Part shown: positions 38,080 to 48,276 of the stretch, one piece after another
Position numbering within the stretch: position 1 is the stretch's first letter
Layout: the number at the start of each line of letters is the position of its first letter
Virus record (IMG/VR): IMGVR_UViG_3300021256_002629
Coordinates: 74,510 to 138,509 of that record
DNA length: 64,000 nucleotides
Direction: 5' to 3' (one strand)
DNA from: a virus
Taxonomy: Duplodnaviria > Caudoviricetes
Program-made: the position numbers and the translations under genes
Notes under the pieces: generated by a model
The model's input: only the letters and a program-made list of their open reading frames with translations
Told to the model about the DNA's origin: nothing
The model's database searches: none

Positions 38080-38433
38080 ATGAATAATCTCAATAGTATT
38101 TTATTAATTTTAGTAATGATAGTGACTTCTGCTTGTTGTAATTGTCCAGTAGAAGAAGTGAGATCCCCAATTGGTGTAGTGAAAGATAAATATGAACAAA
38201 CTATCCGCCACCGTAGAACTGTTTATAATCATTACAGTCATAGCCACACTTTTTATATAGCACCAATTACTCATTATAAAATAGTAATAGAAGAAGATAG
38301 TAGTAACACGAAAATAATAACAGTTGATGTTTCAGAAAAAGAGTATAAATCAATCCGTATTAAAGATACTATTTATAAAAACACGTTTATAAAAAAACAT
38401 ACTAATAAATGTAAATACAACAAAAATAAATAA
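38080..38433 (+). CDS. Putative lipoprotein/membrane-anchored protein
   Basis: ILLILVMIVTSAC lipobox-like; VSEKEYKSIRIKD tail resembles previous gene; own CTTATATATGA at 38032. Confidence 0.6.
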   Translation: MNNLNSILLILVMIVTSACCNCPVEEVRSPIGVVKDKYEQTIRHRRTVYNHYSHSHTFYIAPITHYKIVIEEDSSNTKIITVDVSEKEYKSIRIKDTIYKNTFIKKHTNKCKYNKNK

Positions 38434-38526
38434 ATAAAGTATGTTATCAACCTAGATTAATTAATTTTAATCTGGGTTTTATTTTCTCCTCAAACTCTTA
38501 TTTATGAAACCTTTAATAATTTTATT

Positions 38527-39423
38527 ATGACAGAAAAAGAAGCTGAAGATTTGTGTAGAATGATAAGAATAGGAGTAGATTTAAGTCCTAAATATCAACC
38601 AAGAACGAAAGAAAAGTTAAAAGATCTCATCGAAGATTTAATTGAAGAAAGGGGAAATGAGGCAGACTTGAATGATGTTGATGTTTCTCAAATTACGAAT
38701 ATGGAGTTGTTATTTGCCCATTCTAAATTCAATGGCGATATCTCTAAGTGGGATATTAGGAAGGTTGAAAGTATGGAAGGAATGTTTTATGATTCCGAAT
38801 TTAATGGAGATATTTCGGGTTGGAATGTTAGTAATGTAAAGAATATGAATAGTACGTTCTATGAATCTCGATTTAATGGTGATATCTCTAAGTGGAATGT
38901 TAGTGAAGTGAGGGACATGAAGGGAATGTTTGATTGCTCTCAATTCAATGGAGATATTTCTAATTGGGATGTTAGTAAGGTAGAAGATATGAGTTGGATA
39001 TTTTCCGGTTCTCAATTCAATGGAAATATCTCAAAATGGAATGTTAGGGGAGTATGGAATATGTTTAGAATGTTTGCTTCTTCTAAATTTAATGGAAATA
39101 TATCTAATTGGGATGTTAGTAATGTTGAGTGTATGAGTGAGATGTTTTACTATTCTCAATTCAATAGTGATATCTCTAATTGGAATGTTAGTGGGGTGAA
39201 GGATATGAGCGGGATGTTTTATGGATCTCAATTTAACGGTGATATTTCAAAATGGGATGTTAGTAATGTTGAGAATATGAGTCGCATGTTTGAAAGCTCT
39301 CAATTCAATGGAGATATTTCTGATTGGGATGTTAGTGGGGTTGAGAGTATGGATGATATGTTTTGGAATTCTCAATTCAAAGGAGATATTTCAAAATGGG
39401 CTAAGAAACCAGATTTATTTTAA
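38527..39423 (+). CDS. DUF285/BspA-like repeat protein (10 repeats)
   Basis: Same architecture. Confidence 0.9.
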   Translation: MTEKEAEDLCRMIRIGVDLSPKYQPRTKEKLKDLIEDLIEERGNEADLNDVDVSQITNMELLFAHSKFNGDISKWDIRKVESMEGMFYDSEFNGDISGWNVSNVKNMNSTFYESRFNGDISKWNVSEVRDMKGMFDCSQFNGDISNWDVSKVEDMSWIFSGSQFNGNISKWNVRGVWNMFRMFASSKFNGNISNWDVSNVECMSEMFYYSQFNSDISNWNVSGVKDMSGMFYGSQFNGDISKWDVSNVENMSRMFESSQFNGDISDWDVSGVESMDDMFWNSQFKGDISKWAKKPDLF

Positions 39424-39510
39424 AAGAAAAGACCTAGATTATTAATTTTAGTCTAGGTTTTCTTTTCCCCAAAATGCCTTGTACATGAAAATAATTAAAA
39501 TTTATATATT

Positions 39511-40998
39511 ATGACAAAGTACGATTATCAACCAAAAACAAAAGAAGAATTAAAAAATCTTATTAAGAAGTTGATTAAAGAGAGGGGAAACGAGGCGGAT
39601 TTGAATGATGTTGATGTCTCTCTGATCACGGATATGAGCAGTCTATTTGCTAAATCCAAATTTAATGGAAATATATCTAATTGGGATGTTAGCAGGGTTG
39701 TGGATATGAGTAGAATGTTCACTAATTCTCAATTCAATAATGATATCTCAAAATGGAACGTTAGCAGGGTTGTGAATATGGGTTTTATGTTTGCTAACTC
39801 TCAATTTAACGGAGATATATCTAATTGGGATGTGAGTAAGGTTGAAAGTATGAGTTTTATGTTTAATGGTTCTGAATTTAATGGAGATATTTCAAATTGG
39901 AATGTTAGTGGGGTTGAGAGTATGAGCTGGATGTTCGCTAATTCTCAATTCAACAGTGACATCTCAAAATGGAATGTTAGTAAGGTGAAAGATATGTATG
40001 GGATGTTTATGGGTTCTAAATTCAACAGCGACATCTCAAAATGGAATGTTGGTAAGGTGAAGGATATGAGTTATATGTTTCAGGAATCTCAATTTAATGG
40101 GGATATTTCGAATTGGAATGTTAGTAAGGTTAATAATATGGAAGGAATGTTCGAAAAATCTCAATTTAATGGAGTTATTTCTAACTGGGATGTTAGTAGA
40201 GTAAGGAATATGCGTGATATGTTTTCTTACACTCAATTCAATAATGATATCTCAAAATGGGATGTTGGTAGTGTTGAGAATATGATGGGTATGTTTTCTC
40301 ATTCCCAATTCAATAGCGATATCTCTAATTGGGATGTTAGTGAAGTTAAGGATATGGGCTGGATGTTTGATGGTTCTGAATTTAATGGGGATATTTCGAA
40401 ATGGGATGTTAGTGATGTGAGGTATACGCGTGATATGTTTTGTGATTCTAAATTCAATGGAGATATTTCAAATTGGAATGTTAGTGGAGTGAAGGATATG
40501 CAATGTATGTTTGAACGTTCTCAATTCAATAACGATATTTCAAAATGGGATGTTAGTGGGGTGAAGGACATGTTGGGAATGTTTTGTGATTCTAAATTCA
40601 ATGGAGATATTTCAAAATGGAATGTTAGTAAAGTGAAGTTGATGAGTGGGATGTTCGAAAATTCTATATTTAACGGAGACATTTCTAAATGGGATGTTAG
40701 TAATGTTGAGAATATGCAAAACATGTTTATGGGTTCTCAATTCAATAATGATATCTCAAACTGGAATGTTAATAAGGTAGAGGATATGAGGTGGATGTTT
40801 CAAAACTCCCAATTCAATAACGATATCTCTAATTGGGACGTTAGCAAGGTGGAAAATATGACTAGTATGTTTCAAAATTCTCAATTCAATGGGAATATCT
40901 CAGAGTGGAACGTTAATAGTGTGAAGTATATGAGCTGTATGTTTAAAAATTCCAAATTTAATGGAGATATTTCAAAATGGGCTAAGAAACCGAAATAA
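39511..40998 (+). CDS. DUF285/BspA-like repeat protein (~19 repeats, no MTEKEA leader)
   Basis: Starts directly at YQPKT cap. Confidence 0.9.
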   Translation: MTKYDYQPKTKEELKNLIKKLIKERGNEADLNDVDVSLITDMSSLFAKSKFNGNISNWDVSRVVDMSRMFTNSQFNNDISKWNVSRVVNMGFMFANSQFNGDISNWDVSKVESMSFMFNGSEFNGDISNWNVSGVESMSWMFANSQFNSDISKWNVSKVKDMYGMFMGSKFNSDISKWNVGKVKDMSYMFQESQFNGDISNWNVSKVNNMEGMFEKSQFNGVISNWDVSRVRNMRDMFSYTQFNNDISKWDVGSVENMMGMFSHSQFNSDISNWDVSEVKDMGWMFDGSEFNGDISKWDVSDVRYTRDMFCDSKFNGDISNWNVSGVKDMQCMFERSQFNNDISKWDVSGVKDMLGMFCDSKFNGDISKWNVSKVKLMSGMFENSIFNGDISKWDVSNVENMQNMFMGSQFNNDISNWNVNKVEDMRWMFQNSQFNNDISNWDVSKVENMTSMFQNSQFNGNISEWNVNSVKYMSCMFKNSKFNGDISKWAKKPK

Positions 40999-41101
40999 AA
41001 AAAAATAAAAAGAAGCCTGGATTAATTAATTTTAGTCTAGGTTTTTATTTTCTCCTCAAAATCTTATTACTGAATGTTATAAACCTTTAAATTAAATTCA
41101 T

Positions 41102-42298
41102 ATGAAGTACAATTATCAACCAAAAACGAAAAAGGAATTAAAAAGTCTTATCAAAAAATTAATTAAAAAAAGAGGAAATAAGGCAGATTTGAATGATGTT
41201 GATGTTTCTCAGATCACAGATATGAGTGGGTTGTTTACTAATTTTCAGTTTAATGGAAACATCTCAAATTGGAATGTTAGTAATGTTGAGGATATGAGTA
41301 ATATGTTTGAAGAGTCTAGATTTAATGGAGATATTTCAAAATGGGATGTTAGTAAGGTAAAGGATATGGGTGGAATGTTTAACTATTCTGAATTTAATGG
41401 AGATATTTCAAATTGGAATGTTATGAGGGTGGAGAATATGTCGATGATGTTCTATAATTCTGAATTTAATGGTGACATCTCAAATTGGAATGTGAGTAAG
41501 GTGGAAGATATGGGAGGAATGTTTTACGGTTCTCGATTTGACGGGGATATTTCTAACTGGGATGTTAGGAATGTGAAGAATATGTATGAGATGTTTATGG
41601 CATCTCGATTTAACGGAGATATTTCGAAATGGAACGTTAGTAATGTTGAGGATATGGGAGGAATGTTTGATAATTCTGAATTTAGTGGAGATATTTCAAA
41701 TTGGGATGTTAGTAGAGTTGAGAATATGTGGAGGATGTTTAATTGGTCTAAATTTAATGGAGATATCTCTAATTGGAATGTTAGTAAAGTTGAGGAGATG
41801 AATGAGATGTTTGCTTATTCTAAATTTAATGGAGATATTTCTAAGTGGAACGTTAGTAAGGTGGAGAACATGTGGGAAATGTTTGCTGGTTCTAAATTTA
41901 ACAAAGATATTTCAAAGTGGAATGTTAGTAATGTAAAGAATATGGGTGGGATGTTTCGAGAATCTAAATTCAACAAAGATATCTCAAAATGGGATGTTAG
42001 TAATGTTGAGAATATGGATGAGATGTTTATGACATCTCAATTCAATGGAAATATCTCTAATTGGAATGTTAGTAGAGTTGAAGATATGGAGGATATGTTT
42101 TGTGAGTCTAAATTTAACGGGGATATTTCAAAATGGGATGTTAGTAGGGTGAAGAATATGAGTTGTATGTTTCAGAGTTCTAAATTTAATGGAGACATTT
42201 CAAATTGGAATGTAAGTAAGGTTGAGGATATGGAGGATATGTTTGAAGATTCTCAATTTAATGGGGATATCTCTAGATGGACTAAGAAACCAGAATAA
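41102..42298 (+). CDS. DUF285/BspA-like repeat protein (~15 repeats, no MTEKEA leader)
   Basis: Starts MKYNYQPKT. Confidence 0.9.
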   Translation: MKYNYQPKTKKELKSLIKKLIKKRGNKADLNDVDVSQITDMSGLFTNFQFNGNISNWNVSNVEDMSNMFEESRFNGDISKWDVSKVKDMGGMFNYSEFNGDISNWNVMRVENMSMMFYNSEFNGDISNWNVSKVEDMGGMFYGSRFDGDISNWDVRNVKNMYEMFMASRFNGDISKWNVSNVEDMGGMFDNSEFSGDISNWDVSRVENMWRMFNWSKFNGDISNWNVSKVEEMNEMFAYSKFNGDISKWNVSKVENMWEMFAGSKFNKDISKWNVSNVKNMGGMFRESKFNKDISKWDVSNVENMDEMFMTSQFNGNISNWNVSRVEDMEDMFCESKFNGDISKWDVSRVKNMSCMFQSSKFNGDISNWNVSKVEDMEDMFEDSQFNGDISRWTKKPE

Positions 42299-42395
42299 AA
42301 AAAATAAAAAGAAGCCTGAATTAATTAATTTTAGTCCAGGTTTTATTTTCTTCTCAAAATCTTATTATTGAATATAAACTTTAAATTAAATTTAT

Positions 42396-43041
42396 ATGAA
42401 GTACAATTATCAACCAAAAGCGAAAAAGGAATTAAAGGATATTATTAAAAAACAGAACAAGTATGGTTATTTCTCTTATAGTTGCCGTTGCCGATAACGG
42501 AATCATCGGCAAGGAAAACGGGTTGCCATGGCATATTGGCGCCGACCTGAAGCGCTTTAAGGCCATTACAACGGGCCACACCATTCTGATGGGTAAGAAT
42601 ACCTATCTTTCTATAGGACGCCCGTTGCCTAACCGCCGCAATGTGGTGCTGAGCAGAAGCCTGACCGCTGCCGATGTGCCCGGCTGTGAGCTGATTGCCA
42701 GTTTGGACGAACTCGATAAACTGGGGTTGGAACCCGACGAAGAACTGTTCGTTATAGGCGGTGCCCGTGTGTATGAGCAGTTGATGCCCAAGGCCGACAA
42801 ACTGTATCTGACCAGGGTCCGTACACAGGCCGATGGGGACGTGAAATTCCCTGAAGTGGACTGGGACGAGTGGCAGCTTTGTAGCGAGACACACGGATTT
42901 GCAGACGAAAAAAACGATTTCGACTACTGCTTCCAAAACTATGAACGGAAGAAATGATAATGTCAAAAATGCCACTGTATGTGTTGGGAATCTAAATTTA
43001 ATGGAGACATTTCAAAATGGGCTAAGAAATCGACAGAATAA
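42396..43041 (+). pseudogene. DUF285 cassette whose interior is replaced by a foreign DHFR gene
   Basis: 42396-42452 encodes MKYNYQPKAKKELKDIIKK; ~42985-43041 encodes WESKFNGDISKWAKKSTE-stop. Confidence 0.85.
42463..42957 (+). CDS. folA: Dihydrofolate reductase, bacterial type, GC-rich
   Basis: LIVAVADNGIIG..NGLPWH...DLKRFK..T.G..ILMGKNTY.SIGRPLPNRRNVVLS, VIGGA.VY, GDVKFP; GC-ending codons unlike the rest of the window. Confidence 0.95.
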   Translation: MVISLIVAVADNGIIGKENGLPWHIGADLKRFKAITTGHTILMGKNTYLSIGRPLPNRRNVVLSRSLTAADVPGCELIASLDELDKLGLEPDEELFVIGGARVYEQLMPKADKLYLTRVRTQADGDVKFPEVDWDEWQLCSETHGFADEKNDFDYCFQNYERKK

Positions 43042-43123
43042 GATAAACCTAGATTAATTAATTTTAATCTGGGTTTTATTTTCTCCTCAAACTCTTATTT
43101 ATGAAACCTTTAATAATTTTATT

Positions 43124-44662
43124 ATGACAGAAAAAGAAGCAGAAGATTTGTGTAAAATGATAAGAGTAGGAGTAGATTTAAGTCCTAAAAAATATCAACC
43201 AAGAACAAAAGAAAAGTTAAAAGATCTCATTGAGAAACTAATTGAAGAAAGGGGAAATGAAGCAGACTTGAATGATATAGACGTTTCCCAAATTGAAGAC
43301 ATGAGTGAGGTGTTTGCTCATTCTCAATTTAATGGGGATATTTCTAATTGGGATGTTAGTGGAGTTGAGAAGATGAATTATATGTTTGCTGATTCTCAAT
43401 TCAAGGGAGATATTTCAAAATGGAACGTTAGTAAGGTGAAGGAAATGGGCGGAATGTTTTATAGTTCTGAATTTAATAGGGATATTTCAAGTTGGGATGT
43501 GAGTAATGTTGAGTATATGTTTGGAATGTTTTGCGGATCTAAATTTAATGGCGATATCTCTAATTGGAATGTAAGTAAAGTGAAGGATATGAATAGGATG
43601 TTTGAAGGTTCTGAATTTAATAGAGATATTCCTAGTTGGGACGTTAGTGGGGTTGAGTTTATGAATGAAATGTTTTCCAGTTCTCAATTCAATGGAGACA
43701 TTTCAAATTGGAATGTGAGTAGGGTGAAGGACATGAGTTATATGTTTAAAAAATCTCAATTTAATGGGGATATCTCAAAATGGAATGTTAGTGGAGTTGA
43801 GGATATGAGAGGGATGTTTACCTTTTCTCAATTTAATGGGGATATCTCAAAATGGAATGTTAGTGGAGTTGAGGATATGGGAAGAATGTTTTATAGTTCT
43901 CAATTTAATGGTGATATTTCTAGTTGGGATGTTAGTAATGTTAAGTATATGGGCGAGATGTTCGATAGTTCTCAATTCAATGGAAACATTTCGAATTGGG
44001 ATGTTAGTAATGTGAAGAGTATGATGGGCATGTTCCGAGATTCTCAGTTCAATGGAAATATTTCTAATTGGAACATTAGTAGCGTTGAGAATATGGATGA
44101 AATGTTTTATAGTTCTCAATTTAATGGTGATATTTCTAGTTGGGACGTTAGTGGAGTAAAGAGGATGAGTTATATGTTTGGTTTTTCTAACTTTAATGGA
44201 GATATCTCTAAATGGAATGTTAGTGGAGTTGAGGATATGTACAAAATGTTTTGCGGTTCTAAATTCAATGAGGATATTTCTAATTGGGATGTTAGAAAAG
44301 TGAAGAGTATGGTTGGAATGTTTTCCTACACTAAATTTAATGGAGATATCTCTAAATGGGATGTTAGTGGAGTTGAAGATATGGAGGAGATGTTTGCTAA
44401 TTCCGAATTCAATGGAGATATTTCAAATTGGAATGTTAGTAGGGTGAAGAAGATGGAAAGAATGTTTTATAAGTCTAAATTCAACGGTGATATCTCAAAA
44501 TGGGATGTTAGTAATGTTGAGAATATGTATGGAATGTTTGAAAGCTCTAAATTTAATGGGGATATTTCTAATTGGAATGTTAGTAGGGTGAAGTACATAT
44601 TTGGGATATTTGATAATTCTCAATTCAAAGGAGATATTTCAAAATGGGCTAAGAAACCATAA
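43124..44662 (+). CDS. DUF285/BspA-like repeat protein (~19 repeats)
   Basis: Same architecture. Confidence 0.9.
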   Translation: MTEKEAEDLCKMIRVGVDLSPKKYQPRTKEKLKDLIEKLIEERGNEADLNDIDVSQIEDMSEVFAHSQFNGDISNWDVSGVEKMNYMFADSQFKGDISKWNVSKVKEMGGMFYSSEFNRDISSWDVSNVEYMFGMFCGSKFNGDISNWNVSKVKDMNRMFEGSEFNRDIPSWDVSGVEFMNEMFSSSQFNGDISNWNVSRVKDMSYMFKKSQFNGDISKWNVSGVEDMRGMFTFSQFNGDISKWNVSGVEDMGRMFYSSQFNGDISSWDVSNVKYMGEMFDSSQFNGNISNWDVSNVKSMMGMFRDSQFNGNISNWNISSVENMDEMFYSSQFNGDISSWDVSGVKRMSYMFGFSNFNGDISKWNVSGVEDMYKMFCGSKFNEDISNWDVRKVKSMVGMFSYTKFNGDISKWDVSGVEDMEEMFANSEFNGDISNWNVSRVKKMERMFYKSKFNGDISKWDVSNVENMYGMFESSKFNGDISNWNVSRVKYIFGIFDNSQFKGDISKWAKKP

Positions 44663-44744
44663 TAAAAAGAAACCTGGATTAATTTTATCTGGGTTTTATT
44701 TTCTCCTCGAAATCTTATTATTGAAAACTTTTAATAATTTTATT

Positions 44745-46499
44745 ATGACAGAAAAAGAAGCAGAAGATCTATGTAGAATGATAAGAATAGGAGTAGATTT
44801 AAGTCCTAAATATCAACCAAGAACGAAAGAAAAGTTAAAAGATCTCATCGAAGATTTAATTAAAGAAAGGGGAAATGAGGCAGATTTGAATGATGTTGAT
44901 GTTTCCCAAATTGAGGACATGAGTTACGTGTTTCATAGATCTAAATTTAACGGGAATATTTCTAAATGGAATGTTAGTAGGGTGAAGAGTATGGAAGGAA
45001 TGTTCGCCTATTCTGACTTTAATGGGGATATTTCTAAATGGAATGTTAGTAATGCGGAGAATATGAATTGTATGTTTGATAGTTCTCAATTTAGTGGGGA
45101 TATCTCAAAATGGAATGTTAATGGAGTTAAGGATATGAGTTATATGTTTTTTAATTCTAAATTTAATGGGGATATTTCTAATTGGGACGTTAGTAAGGTG
45201 GAGTGTATGGGAGGAATATTCCGGGAATCTCAATTTAATGGAGATATCTCAAGCTGGAATGTTAGTAGGGTAAAGGGCATGGATTGTATGTTTGCTGATT
45301 CTCAATTTAATGGAGATATTTCTAGTTGGGATGTTAGTGGAGTTGAGGATATGAGTCATATGTTTTCTAGCTCTCAATTTAATGGGGATATCTCAAAATG
45401 GAATGTGAGTAAGGTGAAGGATATGGCTTGGATGTTTAAAGAATCTAAATTTGATGGAGATATTTCAAAATGGGACGTTAGTAAGGTCGAAGATATGATG
45501 GGGATGTTTGCTGATTCTCAATTTAACGGAGATATATTAAATTGGGATGTTAGTAAGGTAAAGAACATGAACTGGATGTTTGCTGATTCTAAGTTTAATG
45601 GGGATATCTCTAAATGGGATGTTAGTAATGTTGAGGGTATGTGTGGGATGTTTAATACGTCTCAATTCAACAAAGACATTTCTAAATGGAATGTTGGTAA
45701 GGTTGAGAATATGTGTAAAATGTTCCGAGGTTCTCAATTTAATGGCGATATTTCTAATTGGAACATTAGTAGTAGTGTTGAGAGTATGGATGAAATGTTT
45801 TATAGTTCTCAATTTAATGGTAATATCTCAAACTGGGATGTTAGTAATGTTAAAGAGATGAATTATATGTTTGCTTATTCTCAATTCAACGGTGATATTT
45901 CGAAATGGGATGTTAGTGGAGTTAAGAGTATGTATAAAATGTTTTGGTATTCTCAATTCAATGAGGATATTTCTAATTGGGATGTTAGTAGTGTTGGGGA
46001 TATGAGTGGGATGTTTGCCCATTCTAAATTTAATGGAGATATCTCGAAATGGAATGTGAGTAAGGTGGAGAACATGGGTTGGATGTTTTCTGAATCTCAA
46101 TTTAACGGGGATATCTCAAATTGGGATGTTAGTAATGTTGAGAATATGTGTGAAATGTTTTCTCGTTCTCAATTTAATGGCGATATCTCAAATTGGGATG
46201 TTAGTGGAGTGAAGGATATGAGAGGAATGTTTTATGGATCTCAATTTAACAGTAATATCTCAAAATGGGATGTTAGTAAGGTGGAGAATATGAGTGAGAT
46301 GTTTGAAGAGTCTCAATTCAATGGTGATATCTCAAAATGGGATGTTAGTAAGGTGTGGGATATGCAGAATATGTTTTATGGTTCTCAATTTAACGGTGAT
46401 ATATCAAAATGGGATGTTAGTGGAGTTGTGAATATGGGAGGAATGTTTGTTCGTTCTCAATTCAATGGTGATATTTCAAAATGGGCTAAGAAACCGTAA
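44745..46499 (+). CDS. DUF285/BspA-like repeat protein (~22 repeats)
   Basis: True start is MTEKEA at 44745, not 44601. Confidence 0.9.
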   Translation: MTEKEAEDLCRMIRIGVDLSPKYQPRTKEKLKDLIEDLIKERGNEADLNDVDVSQIEDMSYVFHRSKFNGNISKWNVSRVKSMEGMFAYSDFNGDISKWNVSNAENMNCMFDSSQFSGDISKWNVNGVKDMSYMFFNSKFNGDISNWDVSKVECMGGIFRESQFNGDISSWNVSRVKGMDCMFADSQFNGDISSWDVSGVEDMSHMFSSSQFNGDISKWNVSKVKDMAWMFKESKFDGDISKWDVSKVEDMMGMFADSQFNGDILNWDVSKVKNMNWMFADSKFNGDISKWDVSNVEGMCGMFNTSQFNKDISKWNVGKVENMCKMFRGSQFNGDISNWNISSSVESMDEMFYSSQFNGNISNWDVSNVKEMNYMFAYSQFNGDISKWDVSGVKSMYKMFWYSQFNEDISNWDVSSVGDMSGMFAHSKFNGDISKWNVSKVENMGWMFSESQFNGDISNWDVSNVENMCEMFSRSQFNGDISNWDVSGVKDMRGMFYGSQFNSNISKWDVSKVENMSEMFEESQFNGDISKWDVSKVWDMQNMFYGSQFNGDISKWDVSGVVNMGGMFVRSQFNGDISKWAKKP

Positions 46500-46583
46500 T
46501 AAAAAAGAAAGACCTGGATAAATTTATCTGGGTTTTTATTTTCTCCTCAAAATCTTATTTATGAAACCTTTAATAATTTTATT

Positions 46584-47408
46584 ATGACAGAAAAAGAAGC
46601 AGAAGAGTTATGTAGAATGATAAGAGTAGGGGTAGATTTAAGTTCTAAGAAATACCGACCAAAAACAAAAGAAAAGTTAAAAGATCTCATTGAAGATTTA
46701 ATTGAAATAAGAGGAAATGAGGCGGATTTGAATGATATAGACGTTTCCCAAATTACAGATATGAGTTGGTTATTTCACATATCTCAATTTAATGGAGACA
46801 TTTCAAAATGGGACGTGAGTAAAGTTGAGAATATGCATGCTATGTTTTATGGGTCTCAATTCAACAAAGACATTTCTAAATGGAATGTTAGTAATGTTAG
46901 GGAGATGAGTTTTATGTTTTATAATTCTAAATTTAATGGTGATATCTCAAACTGGGATGTTAGTAAGGTTGAGGATATGTGGACGATGTTTTCTGATTCT
47001 CAATTTAATGGGGATATTTCAAACTGGGATGTTAGGAAGGTGGAGTGTATGAATAATATGTTTGGGGGTTCTCAATTCAATGGGAATATTTCAAAATGGG
47101 ATGTTAGTGGGGTGAAGAATATGGGTTACATGTTTACTGATTCTCAATTTAATGGGGATATTTCTAAATGGGATGTTAGTAGGGTGGAGAGTATGTATGG
47201 GATGTTTTGGGGTTCTCAGTTCAATGGGGATATCTCAAACTGGGATGTTAGTAAGGTAAAGGATATGAGTTACATGTTTACTGATTCTCAATTTAATGGG
47301 AATATTTCAAAATGGGATGTTAGTGGGGTTGAGAATATGGAGAATATGTTTTATGGCTCTCAATTTAATGGGAATATCTCAGAATGGGCTAAGAAACCGA
47401 CAATATAA
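46584..47408 (+). CDS. DUF285/BspA-like repeat protein (9 repeats)
   Basis: Same architecture. Confidence 0.9.
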   Translation: MTEKEAEELCRMIRVGVDLSSKKYRPKTKEKLKDLIEDLIEIRGNEADLNDIDVSQITDMSWLFHISQFNGDISKWDVSKVENMHAMFYGSQFNKDISKWNVSNVREMSFMFYNSKFNGDISNWDVSKVEDMWTMFSDSQFNGDISNWDVRKVECMNNMFGGSQFNGNISKWDVSGVKNMGYMFTDSQFNGDISKWDVSRVESMYGMFWGSQFNGDISNWDVSKVKDMSYMFTDSQFNGNISKWDVSGVENMENMFYGSQFNGNISEWAKKPTI

Positions 47409-47494
47409 AAAGAAAGACCTAGATTAATTTTAGTCTGGGTTTTATTTTCTCCTCAAGATCTTATTATTGAATATAAATCTTAAATTAAATTTAT

Positions 47495-48274
47495 ATGACG
47501 TACAATTATCAACCAAAAACGAAAGAGGAATTAAAAGATCTTATTAAAAAACTAATTGAAGAGAGGGGAAATTGGGCAAGTTTAAATGATATAGACGTTT
47601 CCCAAATTACGGATATGAGTGAATTATTTTATAAGTCTCAATTTAAAGGGACTATCTCTGATTGGAATGTTAGTAATGTGAAGGATATGCATAGTATGTT
47701 TGAAGATTCTCAATTTAACGATGACCTCTCTAAATGGGACGTTAGTAAGGTTGAGGATATGAGTAGAATGTTTTGGAATTCTAAATTTGATGGAGATATT
47801 TCTAATTGGAATACAAGTAAGGCGTTAAACTTATCTGGCAGTACTGCAATGAGATTAAATTGTGGACGTTTAAAAGCTGAAAAAATTGCACAATTGCCAA
47901 AAATTATTGAAAATAATTTTATTGAATCCACTAATAAAATTGATTTTAATAAACTTTTCACAATTCTTGAAATACCACTATGTGATCATTTTGAATTTCT
48001 TGCTACTCTCGAGGATTTTTCAACAGACACTGCTTTGCTGAAAAAGAAGTCAATCTATAAAGAAATAGTGAATATAGCAATGTTTAATGTGAGGTGCTAC
48101 ACTATTTATGACCTAATAAAAGAGGTGATAAGAGAGGATAAGTTGAGAGATGTATGGTGGCAGGATTTTAAGTTTGAACGCAGTAGTGCTTACAATTATA
48201 CATATAGGAAAGCTGCAATTACGATAATAAGTATGATAGTTACTATTGAATGCGTTATTAAAATGCCACTATAA
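47495..48274 (+). CDS. Chimeric protein: DUF285 cap + 3 repeats fused to unrelated ~150-aa domain
   Basis: Repeat pattern ends at ISNWNTSK (~47820), frame continues without repeats. Confidence 0.8.
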   Translation: MTYNYQPKTKEELKDLIKKLIEERGNWASLNDIDVSQITDMSELFYKSQFKGTISDWNVSNVKDMHSMFEDSQFNDDLSKWDVSKVEDMSRMFWNSKFDGDISNWNTSKALNLSGSTAMRLNCGRLKAEKIAQLPKIIENNFIESTNKIDFNKLFTILEIPLCDHFEFLATLEDFSTDTALLKKKSIYKEIVNIAMFNVRCYTIYDLIKEVIREDKLRDVWWQDFKFERSSAYNYTYRKAAITIISMIVTIECVIKMPL

Positions 48275-48276
48275 TC

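Noticed and set aside
42463-42957. Mobile trimethoprim-resistance dfr gene
   Set aside because: Looks like an ordinary chromosomal-type DHFR; resistance cannot be inferred from sequence by eye and there is no IS or attC context
42445-42975. 176-aa minus-strand ORF
   Set aside because: Antisense shadow of the GC-rich folA
44601-44744. N-terminal extensions of ORFs 44601 and 54678
   Set aside because: They run through the terminator-promoter unit; paralog comparison puts starts at 44745 and 54747
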